A stretch of DNA of 64,000 bases from Salisapilia sapeloensis CBS 127946 (Eukaryota > Protista > Oomycota), in the NCBI GenBank assembly GCA_023334545.1, contig JAADVB010000025.1:55495-119494 (forward strand), written 5' to 3'. A program made the position numbers and the translations under genes. Positions within the stretch are counted from its first letter, which is position 1. Each line of letters begins with the position of its first letter. The notes below the pieces were generated by a model that saw only the letters and a list, made by a program, of their open reading frames with translations, had not been told where the DNA came from and searched no databases. Positions 34,504-47,581 of the stretch are shown piece after piece.

Positions 34504-37500
34504 TCATTTGCGATATATATTGGTTTCATAGTTGGTAAAGTCCGAAGCACGTCGAGTGTACGGACTAGCTAGGTCTCTTGTGGGAGATGCGACGAGTGGT
34601 AACTTGGTCATTTTGGACGGAGAGCGAGTGGATGGAGTCGTGGGATCGACACTTGGCTTTTTGTATGGCTCGACAAGGTATAAAAGCTCCTTTGCGAGGT
34701 CTACCACGTCGGACTTGCGACTAGTTTGGGCTTCATCATCCTCGACCTTGTCTGAGGTGCTAGAACGTCGTTGGCGAAGTAAACTTAGTGTGCTACCACG
34801 TAATGTAGTTTCATTTGCCTGTGTAGGCTCTGCATCCTCTGCAGACTCAGCTAATGAGATGAGCTTATCGTTGCCATGTCGGACAAGTTCTTGACTGCAA
34901 TTCTCGTTCTCCATGACGAGTGCGATGAAGGTTGCAAGAATACTTTCCACGACATCTGAGTCTTGCATCGACTTGTCGTAGAGCGATAGCAAGCGTGGGA
35001 TGCCGTCCAATGACATCACAAGGTCTTGGTTCCTCTTGTTTTCCAAGATAGAGTTCCGTAGAGCCCACAGACAAGAGCATATGAGTGAGCTTCGAGTAGT
35101 GTGTCCAGCATCCAATGTCAGTGACGATTGAGTGCACAAGTGAAGAAGTCTTTCGAGACCGTGCTCATTGCGGATTTTGATCTTTGCACTTGGCTTGTGC
35201 CATGCTTCATCTGCAATGGCATCACACACCATGGTCAGCACGGTACAATTTGCTTCATCCGGTTCTTGTTGCAACAATGAAATGAGTTTCTTTAGATCTG
35301 TCGACAGCAAAGCAGCGTTCGATGAGGCTGTAAGTGGTTTCTGTACAAGACGGAGATCAGCCAGCAGCTCTAGTAATTCCAAAGCTGGATTGCAGATACT
35401 TTGATCTGTTTCTCCGCTTATATCAACAAGCGTATCTACTCCATTCGAAATCTCGAGCAACTTGGTCTTATTCATATCATGGAGGCACATGTTTAATATA
35501 CTGTAGACACCAAGCCGACGGACAATACCTTGCTCCTTGCATCTGCATAAATGTAGACAGATGACCAAGCCATTGGCTCTTGACCCCACTGTCAAGTTTG
35601 GATCTATCGTAAGGTCTAAAGGTGGCTTACCAAAAGCTAAAGCAAGAGAGTCGCTATAAGTAAGCGCACACCAGGCTCGAGCAGAGTGCTCCAGTATGGC
35701 CCCTTCCTCATACAGGCAATTATGCTGTAGTAGCTGCATCCAGCTTTCTTGTGAAGCAATCAATCGTCGATTCGCATCGTTGTAATACAACGCATTCGCT
35801 ATGATACAAAGCGCATACTGTCTAATCTGATCGTTCGTTTCTCCATGTTGTGAAAGCATCTCAGCTTCTTCTTGATTGGAGATACTTGTAGACTGTCGGA
35901 GAAGAGTGGCAAACGATGGACTGATGCTGCATCCGTACAACAAGTCCAAATATCGCATGACGCGGAACTGGTTATCTTGATTCCACGTGAGGTTGGACAG
36001 TGCCCATAGTGCCTGGGTTATCATGTCTTTATCATCTTTAAGGTTGACGAGTAAGAAGAGCGCATCGATGCCTCCACAATGACCAACAGCGTGGCGGATG
36101 GCATCGTGCTGGGCAAGACTTCCGAGAACTTGTGCCCCATGGAACGCGACATCCCGCTGACAAGAAGCGCACATGTGCACAAAGTTTGAGATGACACCAC
36201 GGTCGGGAGATGAGTCTAATAGACCATGTTGATGGTGCTGGAGAACTTGAGATACAACATCCATACTATTAAAGTGACTCTCATTATCTTCGCTGTCCAA
36301 CTGGACGATCACATGCGAAATAGTCTCTGCAGCATGTGTCTGTATCTGTTCAAAGACGTCCAAGTCCACTGCATCATACACACGAGAAGAGTGAACAAGT
36401 TCACACAACTTTCCGATGCCGTTAAACTCTGCAATATCCGCGCATACCATGGTTTGATCAAATGACAAGTACGACAAAGTTTGAACTGAAGCGAATAAAA
36501 TGTCGACTTCTGTGCTTTCCGTGCAGTAAGAAAGCAATGAACTTACACCACCACCTTCTTGAATTGCTCTCTTATTAGTCACGTTGTCGAATGCTAAGTT
36601 TCCAAGAGCCTGGATAGCATAGTAGACGATATACAAGTCCCGTTCTTGAGTTGGGTCAATGTCTCCGATCATGCGTTTTATATCGTCTGGACGAATTATG
36701 TCAAGCAGCAATTGAATTGCGCCTGGTAAGTTACCAATCAACTCTGTATTTTCTGCATGCCGAGCGACTAGTACAAGAGAACGGAGTGCATTTCCCTGGG
36801 TTGCAAGCTCATCTTTCGTCAGTCCAGGGGACATACTCTCGCCTAGAACTGCTGGTGTACACATTTTAACCAAGACATGAAGCACTTCTGGAGAATGGCT
36901 AATAACCTCTTGGTTGCTTTGGTTTTCATTCGGATCAAGACGATGATCAAAGTAGTTCCAGGTCTGTATGAACCTCAATTTCTTATCATCTTTTGTAACG
37001 ACATCATCATCGCATTCCGCTGCATTATAGGAGCTATCTGCTAACCAATTCTCCTCCACAGTCTCTTCAAATGGTACTGCATCAAACTCTTCACCTCGTT
37101 CTAACAGTTTTTGTGTGACATTATCTGCATAAGTCGATACACAGTCAAACCAGTGATGTTTTGCATGCCACCCTAGTGCTCTTGGCGTGATGTTGGCGTT
37201 CCAAGCCACTTGACCAAGTGTCCGGGCAGACTGAGCCTTAATAGTTGGATTCTGACTGTACTTTGCCAAGACAGTTAGCACTTCAATGCCAGCATGATGT
37301 CGTAGAGCATCGTTTGCACTTGGACTTGCTCCAGCAAGGACGGACAATCCACGAGAAAAGAAATGAAACAATTGATCGACGTTGGTCAGTATCGATTGTG
37401 CTGTCACTCGCTGTCGCCAGTTCTGAAGTCGAAGCGCTTTCTGTTGTTGTTTATGCTCGACAACGCGCTGTTGGATCTCTTCTCGTACTTGTACTCGCTC

Positions 37501-40221
37501 CTTTGACACTTGCATTGATTGTAGTTTCAACGACAAGTTCCACATCTCAATGTTTCGAATGCGTTGTATCTGTGCATTAATACGAAAGCGCATGTCATTA
37601 ACTTCCGTTGCTCGTCGCTTTTCAAGTGCTTGATATCCTGTTAAGAGCTGTTCATTAGCAATACGTTGCGCCTTTAACTCTCGTCTGGACGAAGTCAGCC
37701 AATGTTTCTGAGTCTCATTTATACGTGACTGCTCTAACAAACGTGCTTCTAAGCCCGTTACCGTAGCATCATGTGCCTCAATTAATTGCTTCCGCTCCAT
37801 TTTACTTTCTTCTAATTGTGTTTGCATCTCCTCTACTTTTGCCTGGAGTTGATCCTTCAATGCATGAATGATATTACGCGTTGTACGAATGGTGACATCG
37901 CTACTTTCTTGGTATTTCTCTTGAAGTGTTTCATATCTCTTGTCAGCTACTTGTAGTTGGTGCTCAAGCTGCGCTACCCGAGTGTCAAGGTAGTCTACCT
38001 GTCGTTTGAATGGAGTAACGTCTTCCTTTCGTTGCTGTTCCAACAATGTGTGGATGTGTTTTGCTCGATCGTACTGGACTGTGGTCATCCAGTCGTGTGA
38101 TGTAGTATCTTTGATTAGTGCTATAGGTACTAGCTTCCTCCATCGTTCTTCACGTGCGTAAGACTGCAAGAGAAATCGCCGTGTACGTTGTAGGTGAAAT
38201 AAAGCTACTTCCATGATATCGGTGGCATCAACAACGGCATCGACATCATTCTTTCCACTTGATTCTGCTCCTGTGTTACCATCTTGTACATCGTCATCCA
38301 GTCGAGAGTAGAACTGTTCAATCGTATTTCGAGATAGATTCAGGTCCTTTTGCAATTGTAAGGATTCATTCCATAGCTCTTGTTTTTCATGAAACAGTAT
38401 AACTTCCTCCTCTAATCGTTGTTGTGTGTAGTTCATAAAGCGTTCTTCTAGTTCCTGCAAAAGTTTCTTAGCCTTAAGCTCTTTTTCCAACCATTTCGCT
38501 ACTTCCATCTTCTGCTCTTGAATATTACGGCATTCTATTTGGGACTGTTCTTCTAACTCTACTCGTTCCAAAGGATGCATTGCTTGTAGTGGAAGACGTT
38601 CGGCTCGTTCATATTGATCTTGTAGTTCTTGCTCTCGATCTTGCAATCGGAACACAGACTCGTCTCTTGCTGCTCGTTCGACCATGAAACGCATCCGCTC
38701 CAATTGAGCATCCGCTTGGGATTCAAATAGTCGGTTTCCAAGCTCTTCCTCCAGTTGCTCAATCTTTGCTAGGAACTGGAGGTCACTTTTGTGCATCGCA
38801 ATGTCAATCGCCTGCATCTTCAGAGAAAGTTGTAGAGATTGTTGTCTGGCGATTGCACTGTTTAATTCCTCTTGCCTCATTTTTCCTTCTTTCTCCCATT
38901 CACTCCATTGCTTTTCCGCTTCCAAGCACTGTTTCCATTCTAATAAATCTTCTTCTGGGTATGATTTGTCTTGCATCAACAAGATAATATTAATCGTCGA
39001 GCACATGCGATCGAATGGATGTCTTACAATCTCTTCTTCCTCGTCGACTATTATATCTGCATCACCAAAAGAGTCCTCTAGGCTAAACTTTTCATTCTTC
39101 TCGTCATCCATTATTTCTACAGCCGAGTCGCTGATGTCAATGTCTTCACGTGTCATCATGAGACATTCATGCACAAGCCTTTTAGCCATTTTATTAAAAG
39201 AGTCCTGAGGATTCGTTTCTTGATTCGCATAATCATACGCTGGTTCTGCACTCACTTCGTCTACATCAACATCTTCTCGTGCCATCATTTGCTGCTCATT
39301 CACGAACTCTTGCATCATTCTATCATAAGCTTCTCTCTCCTCTTCTAAAACCACCATGTATTCCTCAATGGCTGTCACTTGTTCCATGTCAGGACGGTCC
39401 ATGGAGGGAGGTGTAAGAGGATTTTTTAAATGTTCAATGCTGAGAGATAGATGATCAAGTTCAGCTATTGCCTTGACTTTAGCCTCCTCCATCATCTCTA
39501 TATTCCCTTGAAACTTGTCTTGCATCTCTTTTACTTCTTGCTGCCTACGTGAACTCTTTTCTATCAGATCAAACTCTTGCTGTTCCATATCGAGAGTAAG
39601 GTCGTCCATCCATTTGATATGCATGTACTCCATTTCATCTTGTCGACGATATCGAACACGATCATCCGGGGACACTACTTCTGTTAAATACAATCGATTC
39701 GCTTGCTGAACTTTAATAAACTCCTTTAACTCCTCTTCGAATGCATCATCATCTTTTAGGTCTGTAACTTGTTTCTTGGCAACGGAGGTACTTGAAAATT
39801 TACTTTGTACACTTTTTCCTTCTCGTCGCTCTTTTGCAAGCGCAGCAGCCTTGGTGGCAGCTTCCTGTTCCTTCTGAGCTTTCCGTTTCGCACGCTCGAC
39901 TTCCTTCATAGCTTCCGCTTCGACCTTGAGCTGCTCTTTTTCGTCATCCAACTGAGCTCTCGTCGCATTGACTAGTTGCAAAGCAAGTAGTCGCTGCTGT
40001 CGTTTGCTTTCTTCCACACGTTCCCGCAACTGATCAAAATCTCGTAACTCGTCCTGTAAGCTCGATCGAAGTTCCAAAGGATCCAACTCCTCCTCTTCCG
40101 ACTCACTCCCACTTTCCTCCGATGGGTCTTCCACTTGATCACCATCTCCAGACTCTACGGATAAATCTTCGATCGATTCCTCCTCGTCCAAGTGTCCATG
40201 AAAGTCTTCCGTTTCTTCCAT
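34504..40221 (-). CDS. Large (1905 aa) coiled-coil plus armadillo-repeat protein, intronless
   Basis: 5.7-kb ATG-initiated ORF; acidic coiled-coil N-terminal half; repeated ARM-like units (ALGNLAFDNVTNKRAI, ALWALSNLTWNQDNQ, LWALRNSILENKRNQ). Confidence 0.75.
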   Translation of the reverse strand: MEETEDFHGHLDEEESIEDLSVESGDGDQVEDPSEESGSESEEEELDPLELRSSLQDELRDFDQLRERVEESKRQQRLLALQLVNATRAQLDDEKEQLKVEAEAMKEVERAKRKAQKEQEAATKAAALAKERREGKSVQSKFSSTSVAKKQVTDLKDDDAFEEELKEFIKVQQANRLYLTEVVSPDDRVRYRRQDEMEYMHIKWMDDLTLDMEQQEFDLIEKSSRRQQEVKEMQDKFQGNIEMMEEAKVKAIAELDHLSLSIEHLKNPLTPPSMDRPDMEQVTAIEEYMVVLEEEREAYDRMMQEFVNEQQMMAREDVDVDEVSAEPAYDYANQETNPQDSFNKMAKRLVHECLMMTREDIDISDSAVEIMDDEKNEKFSLEDSFGDADIIVDEEEEIVRHPFDRMCSTINIILLMQDKSYPEEDLLEWKQCLEAEKQWSEWEKEGKMRQEELNSAIARQQSLQLSLKMQAIDIAMHKSDLQFLAKIEQLEEELGNRLFESQADAQLERMRFMVERAARDESVFRLQDREQELQDQYERAERLPLQAMHPLERVELEEQSQIECRNIQEQKMEVAKWLEKELKAKKLLQELEERFMNYTQQRLEEEVILFHEKQELWNESLQLQKDLNLSRNTIEQFYSRLDDDVQDGNTGAESSGKNDVDAVVDATDIMEVALFHLQRTRRFLLQSYAREERWRKLVPIALIKDTTSHDWMTTVQYDRAKHIHTLLEQQRKEDVTPFKRQVDYLDTRVAQLEHQLQVADKRYETLQEKYQESSDVTIRTTRNIIHALKDQLQAKVEEMQTQLEESKMERKQLIEAHDATVTGLEARLLEQSRINETQKHWLTSSRRELKAQRIANEQLLTGYQALEKRRATEVNDMRFRINAQIQRIRNIEMWNLSLKLQSMQVSKERVQVREEIQQRVVEHKQQQKALRLQNWRQRVTAQSILTNVDQLFHFFSRGLSVLAGASPSANDALRHHAGIEVLTVLAKYSQNPTIKAQSARTLGQVAWNANITPRALGWHAKHHWFDCVSTYADNVTQKLLERGEEFDAVPFEETVEENWLADSSYNAAECDDDVVTKDDKKLRFIQTWNYFDHRLDPNENQSNQEVISHSPEVLHVLVKMCTPAVLGESMSPGLTKDELATQGNALRSLVLVARHAENTELIGNLPGAIQLLLDIIRPDDIKRMIGDIDPTQERDLYIVYYAIQALGNLAFDNVTNKRAIQEGGGVSSLLSYCTESTEVDILFASVQTLSYLSFDQTMVCADIAEFNGIGKLCELVHSSRVYDAVDLDVFEQIQTHAAETISHVIVQLDSEDNESHFNSMDVVSQVLQHHQHGLLDSSPDRGVISNFVHMCASCQRDVAFHGAQVLGSLAQHDAIRHAVGHCGGIDALFLLVNLKDDKDMITQALWALSNLTWNQDNQFRVMRYLDLLYGCSISPSFATLLRQSTSISNQEEAEMLSQHGETNDQIRQYALCIIANALYYNDANRRLIASQESWMQLLQHNCLYEEGAILEHSARAWCALTYSDSLALAFGKPPLDLTIDPNLTVGSRANGLVICLHLCRCKEQGIVRRLGVYSILNMCLHDMNKTKLLEISNGVDTLVDISGETDQSICNPALELLELLADLRLVQKPLTASSNAALLSTDLKKLISLLQQEPDEANCTVLTMVCDAIADEAWHKPSAKIKIRNEHGLERLLHLCTQSSLTLDAGHTTRSSLICSCLWALRNSILENKRNQDLVMSLDGIPRLLSLYDKSMQDSDVVESILATFIALVMENENCSQELVRHGNDKLISLAESAEDAEPTQANETTLRGSTLSLLRQRRSSTSDKVEDDEAQTSRKSDVVDLAKELLYLVEPYKKPSVDPTTPSTRSPSKMTKLPLVASPTRDLASPYTRRASDFTNYETNIYRK

Positions 40222-40361
40222 TTTCGACCCTTGCGTCCTTTGGCATATACCTGGAAATAGTGACAGAGTGTCAGTACGACGTCGCAGGCGACGCCTTCCA
40301 TCCCCTCAGATCCTCTCCTCTCTCTCGAGCGTAGCGAAGAAGAACGACCGTCTTATTCGAA

Positions 40362-41471
40362 ATGGCTAGTCCAGCACCATGCGATCTGTCCATCGATACA
40401 CTCGATTCGTGGTGCGAAAAGCTATTCACTTGCACACCGCTCTCGGAAAATGAAGTCATGCAATTGTGCACGAAAGTAATTGAACAAGGTTCCGACATCC
40501 ATCCTCTAGAGCGTATCATTCACCTTTGGTAATGTTGTAGGCAAAGGAAGTGCTGGTGAAAGAGTCGAACGTCCAGCCCGTGCGTTGTCCCGTGACCGTG
40601 TGTGGTGACGTCCATGGACAATTCCACGACTTGATGGAGCTCTTCCGCATTGGCGGCCATGCGCCGGATACCAACTATTTATTCATGGGCGACTACGTCG
40701 ACCGTGGCTACTACAGCGTCGAAACAGTCACGCTACTCGTTGCACTCAAAGTCCGCTACAAGGACCGTGTCTTCATCTTACGAGGCAACCACGAGAGTCG
40801 ACAGATCACCCAAGTCTACGGCTTTTACGACGAATGCCTTCGCAAGTACGGCAGTCCGAACGTCTGGAAGTACTTTACCGACGTATTCGACTACCTGCCG
40901 CTAACTGCCGTCGTGGAGAACCAGATCTTCTGTCTCCACGGCGGACTGTCGCCGTCGATCGATACGTTGGATTACATTCGTGGCTTTGATCGTGTGCAGG
41001 AAGTTCCGCATGAAGGTGCCATGTGCGACCTACTCTGGTCTGACCCAGACGATCGGTCTGGATGGGGCATTTCACCTCGAGGCGCAGGATATACCTTTGG
41101 TCAGGACATTTCGGAGCAGTTTAATCACGCGAATGGGTTGACTCTCATCTCCCGAGCCCATCAGCTCGTCATGGAGGTACTTATTCTATCTAGTGTGAAG
41201 AGATACGATGCTAATGACCATGTAGGGATACAACTGGTCGCACAGCAATAATGTCGTGACGATCTTCAGTGCACCCAACTACTGCTATCGCTGTGGCAAC
41301 GAAGCTGCTATCATGGAAGTTGATGAGCAGATGAAATACACATTGTACGTCGTTTTATTATCTTCATTAAGGTCATATATTAATCTCGACATGCGTAGCT
41401 TGCAATTCGATCCAGCTCCTCGACGTGGTGAACCACACGTGACGCGTCGGACACCGGACTACTTCCTCTAG
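40362..41471 (+). CDS. PPP2CA: Protein phosphatase 2A catalytic subunit; 3 introns
   Basis: [28 protein letters not shown] and the PP2A-type C-terminus RRTPDYFL. Confidence 0.95.
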
Positions 41472-41549
41472 CTAAACCCGCTCTTCGAATTGGTTGAACG
41501 AAAGACATCGCATCTGTAGGTAGCATCCAGAAATACATACATTTCCCGC

Positions 41550-44502
41550 TTATCCCGGTCCTAGACTATAATTCCTAATCTTCCTCCGTTCCGTTGCCAT
41601 CTCCGACCGCTTGTCCTGTAGCTGCTTCAGTCTCTTCGTCACCACTTTCTGACTAGTCGTTGCTCTGTCACTCGCTTTCACAGGAGCACTCGTTGCAGTA
41701 CTCTTACTCCGGGGACGTGAGGATGTGGAGGATAGAAGCATGTCTTTCGTCTGCTGCAGCTTCTTGCGTGCATCCATCGTGTCCGACATCTTGTTGTCTT
41801 CATTTTTAAATAGTCGAGAGTACGTTGTTTGACTAGTGTCTTCTGTCTGACTTGCCTCTTTCTCGTCTGATACTTGTGCTTCTGTCTCCTGATCTTCTGG
41901 AATCGTAGGAGGTCGAGAGCGTACTTGAGACGTTCGTTTCTTAGCTAGTGACACGAGCTCTTCATCCATTACATTGGGCGTATTTTGCTCTTCCAAAGGC
42001 TGGACGGTCTTGAGCATCGATAGTGTACTACGTCGACTCGTCTTGTCTACAGGCAAGGATGTGCTAGATACAGCTACTTGTCCTTCGGTTGTTGGTTGGA
42101 CGGCTGCTTGCATCTTTAATGACCGACGTAGCTCCTTTTTCAGCGTCCGATTGAAGAGTTGGGACTCTTCCAACGACTTGGATAGTTCCTCAATTAAGTC
42201 TTCATAATCCTTTTGTCCAGGTACTTCTACTTGAGACGTAGATGAGTTCTGGAGCTTACGTAGCTCTGCTTGCATCGCGTTGCTCCGTTCCATCAGTCTC
42301 GATCTCTCTTCCACAAGCCTCTCGACATCTTTCTGTGCATCATGGAGCTTGCTCTGTATCTGATACACTTGAGAGGCATCGGTCGTTCCTCTTTCCTCCT
42401 CGACTTGAGCTATATAAGACTCTAGCTCTTGGATTCTACCATTCTTACGGCTTAAATCTGTCTTGACCTCTACTATCTCCTTTTCCACAGACACCACTCG
42501 AGTACGTAGCGACTGGTTCTCTTTATCAACATCCTGCATCTCATTTACTTTGGTCTGTAGTTCATTACATTGACGTTGAGATGTCTCTAACTCTTTCTCT
42601 AGTGCATCTACTTTGGAAACGGATGTAGCAGCAGTGTGTTCTGCTACTGCTTCTTTCATCTGTCGAATCAAGTCTCGTAAACGGTCATTCTCTACTTTTA
42701 ACGTCTGATAGTCATTAGAACTCGACTCTCGCGTCTCCTTTCGACCTGGGCTTTCCGTCGCGAGTGGTGAAAGACCAGGAAGAGGAGATACGGTCCCTGG
42801 GTCGTCACTCCATAGTGGTGATGGCTCTTTTGCATGGCTCGATGCCTGCTTGCCACTTTCTCTACTCGTCCACTGTCCACCAAACGATTCTTCCAGTCGA
42901 GCATTCGACTTGGCTGTATACAACTCGGATCGTAGCCTATGCAATTCATTCTCAGCGTGCATTAACCGTTCTTCTGCAGCATGCTTTTCTGCTCCCAACC
43001 GCTCTTTTGCATTCTTCAGCTCTCGTATCTTCACTTCGTGTTCATCTCGAAGATCCTGGTCGTACGCTTCCCATTTGTTTTCCCATCGAAGGTTTAGCGA
43101 CACGAGTTCGCGTTTTAAATCTTCACATTTCTCACTACAATCCGTCAAATCCTGTCGATGCGCTTTGTCTTTCTCTCGAAGTACCTGCACTTGACTCACG
43201 AGGTCTTTCTGTCGCTCCTGTAAGTTCTGTTTCTCTCGTTCGACTTCCCATACCTTGTCCTTGTATCGAGCTTCACTACTTTCCTGATGCTCTTTCAAGT
43301 CTTCTATCTCCTGCATCAAAGATTCGATCCGACGGTCCTTTTCCAATGCTTGTTCCTCCCACTGCCACTTGTTCTCTCGGCGCTCGGCATCACATGAAGT
43401 GTACTTGGCTTCTGCCTTTTGTATCTTTTCCTCCGCAGTTTCTAGCTTTGCAGTAAGTTGATGCACTTGTACCATCGCTTCCTCCTGCTTTGCTTTCACT
43501 TCCATCTCGAGTTGTTCATGGAATTGATCTTTCTGCTGGACAAATACTTTCTCCATTGACTGAAGAGACTGTAGTAATTCCGCCATCTTCCGCTCATATT
43601 CATCTAACACTGTCTGCTTGTCTGCCTGTGTTTTCCCGACTTCCGACTCTAAATCACTTATGCGAGCGTCTTTCGTCGATCGGACTTCAGCGATTTGCCA
43701 TTCGAGGGATTTAATTTCTTTCTCCTGTTCCTGTACTTTAGTCTGGAGAGACTCAAGGCGTTCCTTGGCTTCCTGTAAGTGATCTGAAGCAGAAGTATGC
43801 TCTCTTTGACTTGTCTTCAGCTGCAGTTCCAATGCCCTTTTGCTTGTTTCCAGCTCGTCGATCGCTGCTTTGTGCTCTACATCTTTCTGATGTAGCTGTT
43901 CATCTAGGAAGGAAGTCGTTTCTCGCTTTTGCGTCTCGAACTCGTCTTCCAGCTCTCGTATCTGACGCTCCAATCGACGCTGGACTTGCTGCTGTTCATC
44001 TCGTTGACGACGTATCTCGTCATCCAAGTGCCATCGCATCTGTTCACTCTGTCCTCGAGCATTCTTAAGTCGCTGTTGGCAGCTCGCCTCCATCTCTTTC
44101 ACACGTATTTGCTCTTGCTTGAGATCGTTCTGAAGCTCAGCAATCTGAGCTCGAAGTTCACTCAACTCACTCTCTCGATCCCTAAGCGTATTTCTCAACG
44201 AGACAAAGTTCGTGTCATATAGCGCTAACTCTTCATCTCGTCCTTCCAAGAGCTTCAGGTTGTATTTGAAATCCTCTTGCAGCTTGTGCAGTCGCTGCTT
44301 ATACGTGCTCAACGTCTCTTCCTACTAATCTTCATTACTACTTTCCTTCCAACGGCTATACAAGTATATAACAAAGTACTTTATCCTTTAACAATCCTTC
44401 GAGCGTATGAATGCGATATTCATTAATGTCATGTAGTTCCTTTTCCTTTTCCTGAATCAATGACCGAATGTCCGGTGGTAAGGCTCTTGCGTCCAAATCC
44501 AT
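41550..44502 (-). CDS. CCDC57: CCDC57-like centrosomal coiled-coil protein; 1 intron near 44322-44379
   Basis: LQEDFKYNLKLLEGRDEELALYD resembles the CCDC57 N-terminal signature. An upstream exon (MDLDARALPPDIRSLIQEKEKE...) splices in frame. Confidence 0.65.
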
Positions 44503-44741
44503 GTTTATAAAGAGTCTCCTTTTGATCTCATCTATACTTTCTGTAACGGTCTATTGCGTCGAGTAGATTTACATACATCCAAGATCCATGTACGCGACAT
44601 GGGTGGGCATCGACTGGATTTCTGCCCACCGATCGTACCTAAACTTCCATCCGACACCCGACATAGAAATGACTTGAAGTTTGTATACAGAGCAGGTACA
44701 CGTGCGTTAGAGAAGAAAGTACGCACTATTCGGTTGCTACC

Positions 44742-45356
44742 ATGTCGAGAGAAGGCTACTTGATCGTCCACGACGAGCAAAAGCACAGCCAGATATGCTA
44801 CGGCGTCTTGGCTGATGGTGTCTTCCAGCTCTTCTCACGACGTGAGCGAGGCGTACTCGTACAAGACGTGTCTTTAACCCGATCGAAACTTCGGGTGCGA
44901 GGTGTACCTGACACGGAGGCTTGCGACTGTCCTTATAGCTTTTCCGTCCGCATCCAGCGATCTAAACTACGCCAAGGACGGTTGTACACTGTCGGCAAGC
45001 CCATTGAACTCACTCTCAGCGCTCCATCGTCTCTGGAGCGCCGAGCATGGGGCAATGCCATCTACTCTTGGCAGCGGCACTATTGGCGCGATCCGCCGCA
45101 CATGAAGATGAACATGACAGAGGATGAAGAGGACGAGTTTTTCAATGACCAGCATCGCACATTACAACAGTATCTACGTCGAAGTGCGAATCCACCGAAG
45201 AGTGCGACGGCACCTCGCGCGTTATTCAAGCGCGCGAGGGCCGTGCAGTCTGCCGGCGTCGCGATGAAACGAAAGGTGCGTTCTTCGAAACTAAGTTTTT
45301 CATTACCGCCCATGGGCATCTCCTTAGGCTTATCACAAACACAGAGCAAAGCCTAG
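44742..45356 (+). CDS. Small PH-domain protein
   Basis: REGYLIV...YGVLADGVFQLFS...YSFSV...LTLSAPSSLERRAWGNAI is a PH-like pattern. Confidence 0.65.
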   Translation: MSREGYLIVHDEQKHSQICYGVLADGVFQLFSRRERGVLVQDVSLTRSKLRVRGVPDTEACDCPYSFSVRIQRSKLRQGRLYTVGKPIELTLSAPSSLERRAWGNAIYSWQRHYWRDPPHMKMNMTEDEEDEFFNDQHRTLQQYLRRSANPPKSATAPRALFKRARAVQSAGVAMKRKVRSSKLSFSLPPMGISLGLSQTQSKA

Positions 45357-45395
45357 TGACTTTTATATGAATGAGAAAGGATGTTTCGTTTGCCT

Positions 45396-46962
<1,567 letters not shown>

Positions 46963-47076
46963 TTCTATAAGTAGTTTCCCGCCAAAGAATCGTACCATAC
47001 CAGTACCACCTACACACCATCAGTCGTACCACTTCCGTACCGATCATATCGAAAAGAAGACCCAAGTAGAGTGCAA

Positions 47077-47561
47077 ATGCTCGCGAGTACGATGCAGCGG
47101 AGTCTGTCGCTCTTGCCTCGATCGGCAAGATTTTTGTCCACTGGACGGAAGCCAAAGCCGATGAAAGTGAAGAAGAATGAGGCGAGGAGGAAAGTGGAGG
47201 AGAAACCAAAGCAGGATTCCTTGGCAGAGTTGAAGCAGCAGGAAGAACTCATGGAACAGCAGCAGACATTCCCGCCTGCGCCACAACCTGAGACTTTTGG
47301 AGGCGCTATGAAACAGGTAGACATGCTTGTATCTGTCAGCTTTGATGTGTATTGACTTGCAGATCGTAGAGCTTCCTATGGGGTATTGGCATGGCACTAG
47401 CGTTCACGACAATTGGCATCATCTTTGGCGGTGCAGAACCACTTCCGGTACGTATCCTACTAGATAAACTAGCTATTTATATACTAAGGACCAGATAGAT
47501 GGATGAAATGAACATTTATGAAGCGTCTAGTGTTCATGTCGAGGAAGAAGACGACGTTTAA
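47077..47561 (+). CDS. Small single-pass membrane protein with mitochondrial-type presequence; 2 introns
   Basis: MLASTMQRSLSLLPRSARFLS presequence, hydrophobic MGIGMALAFTTIGIIFGG, and an acidic tail after the GTAGAC..CAG and GTACGT..TAG introns. Confidence 0.5.
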
Positions 47562-47581
47562 AATCCAATCTGGCACTACTT

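Noticed and set aside
46963-46998. Upstream in-frame ATG of DHFR-TS as a dual-targeting presequence
   Set aside because: Only 12 aa ([12 protein letters not shown]) and includes an acidic residue; could equally be part of a UTR intron. Too weak to claim.
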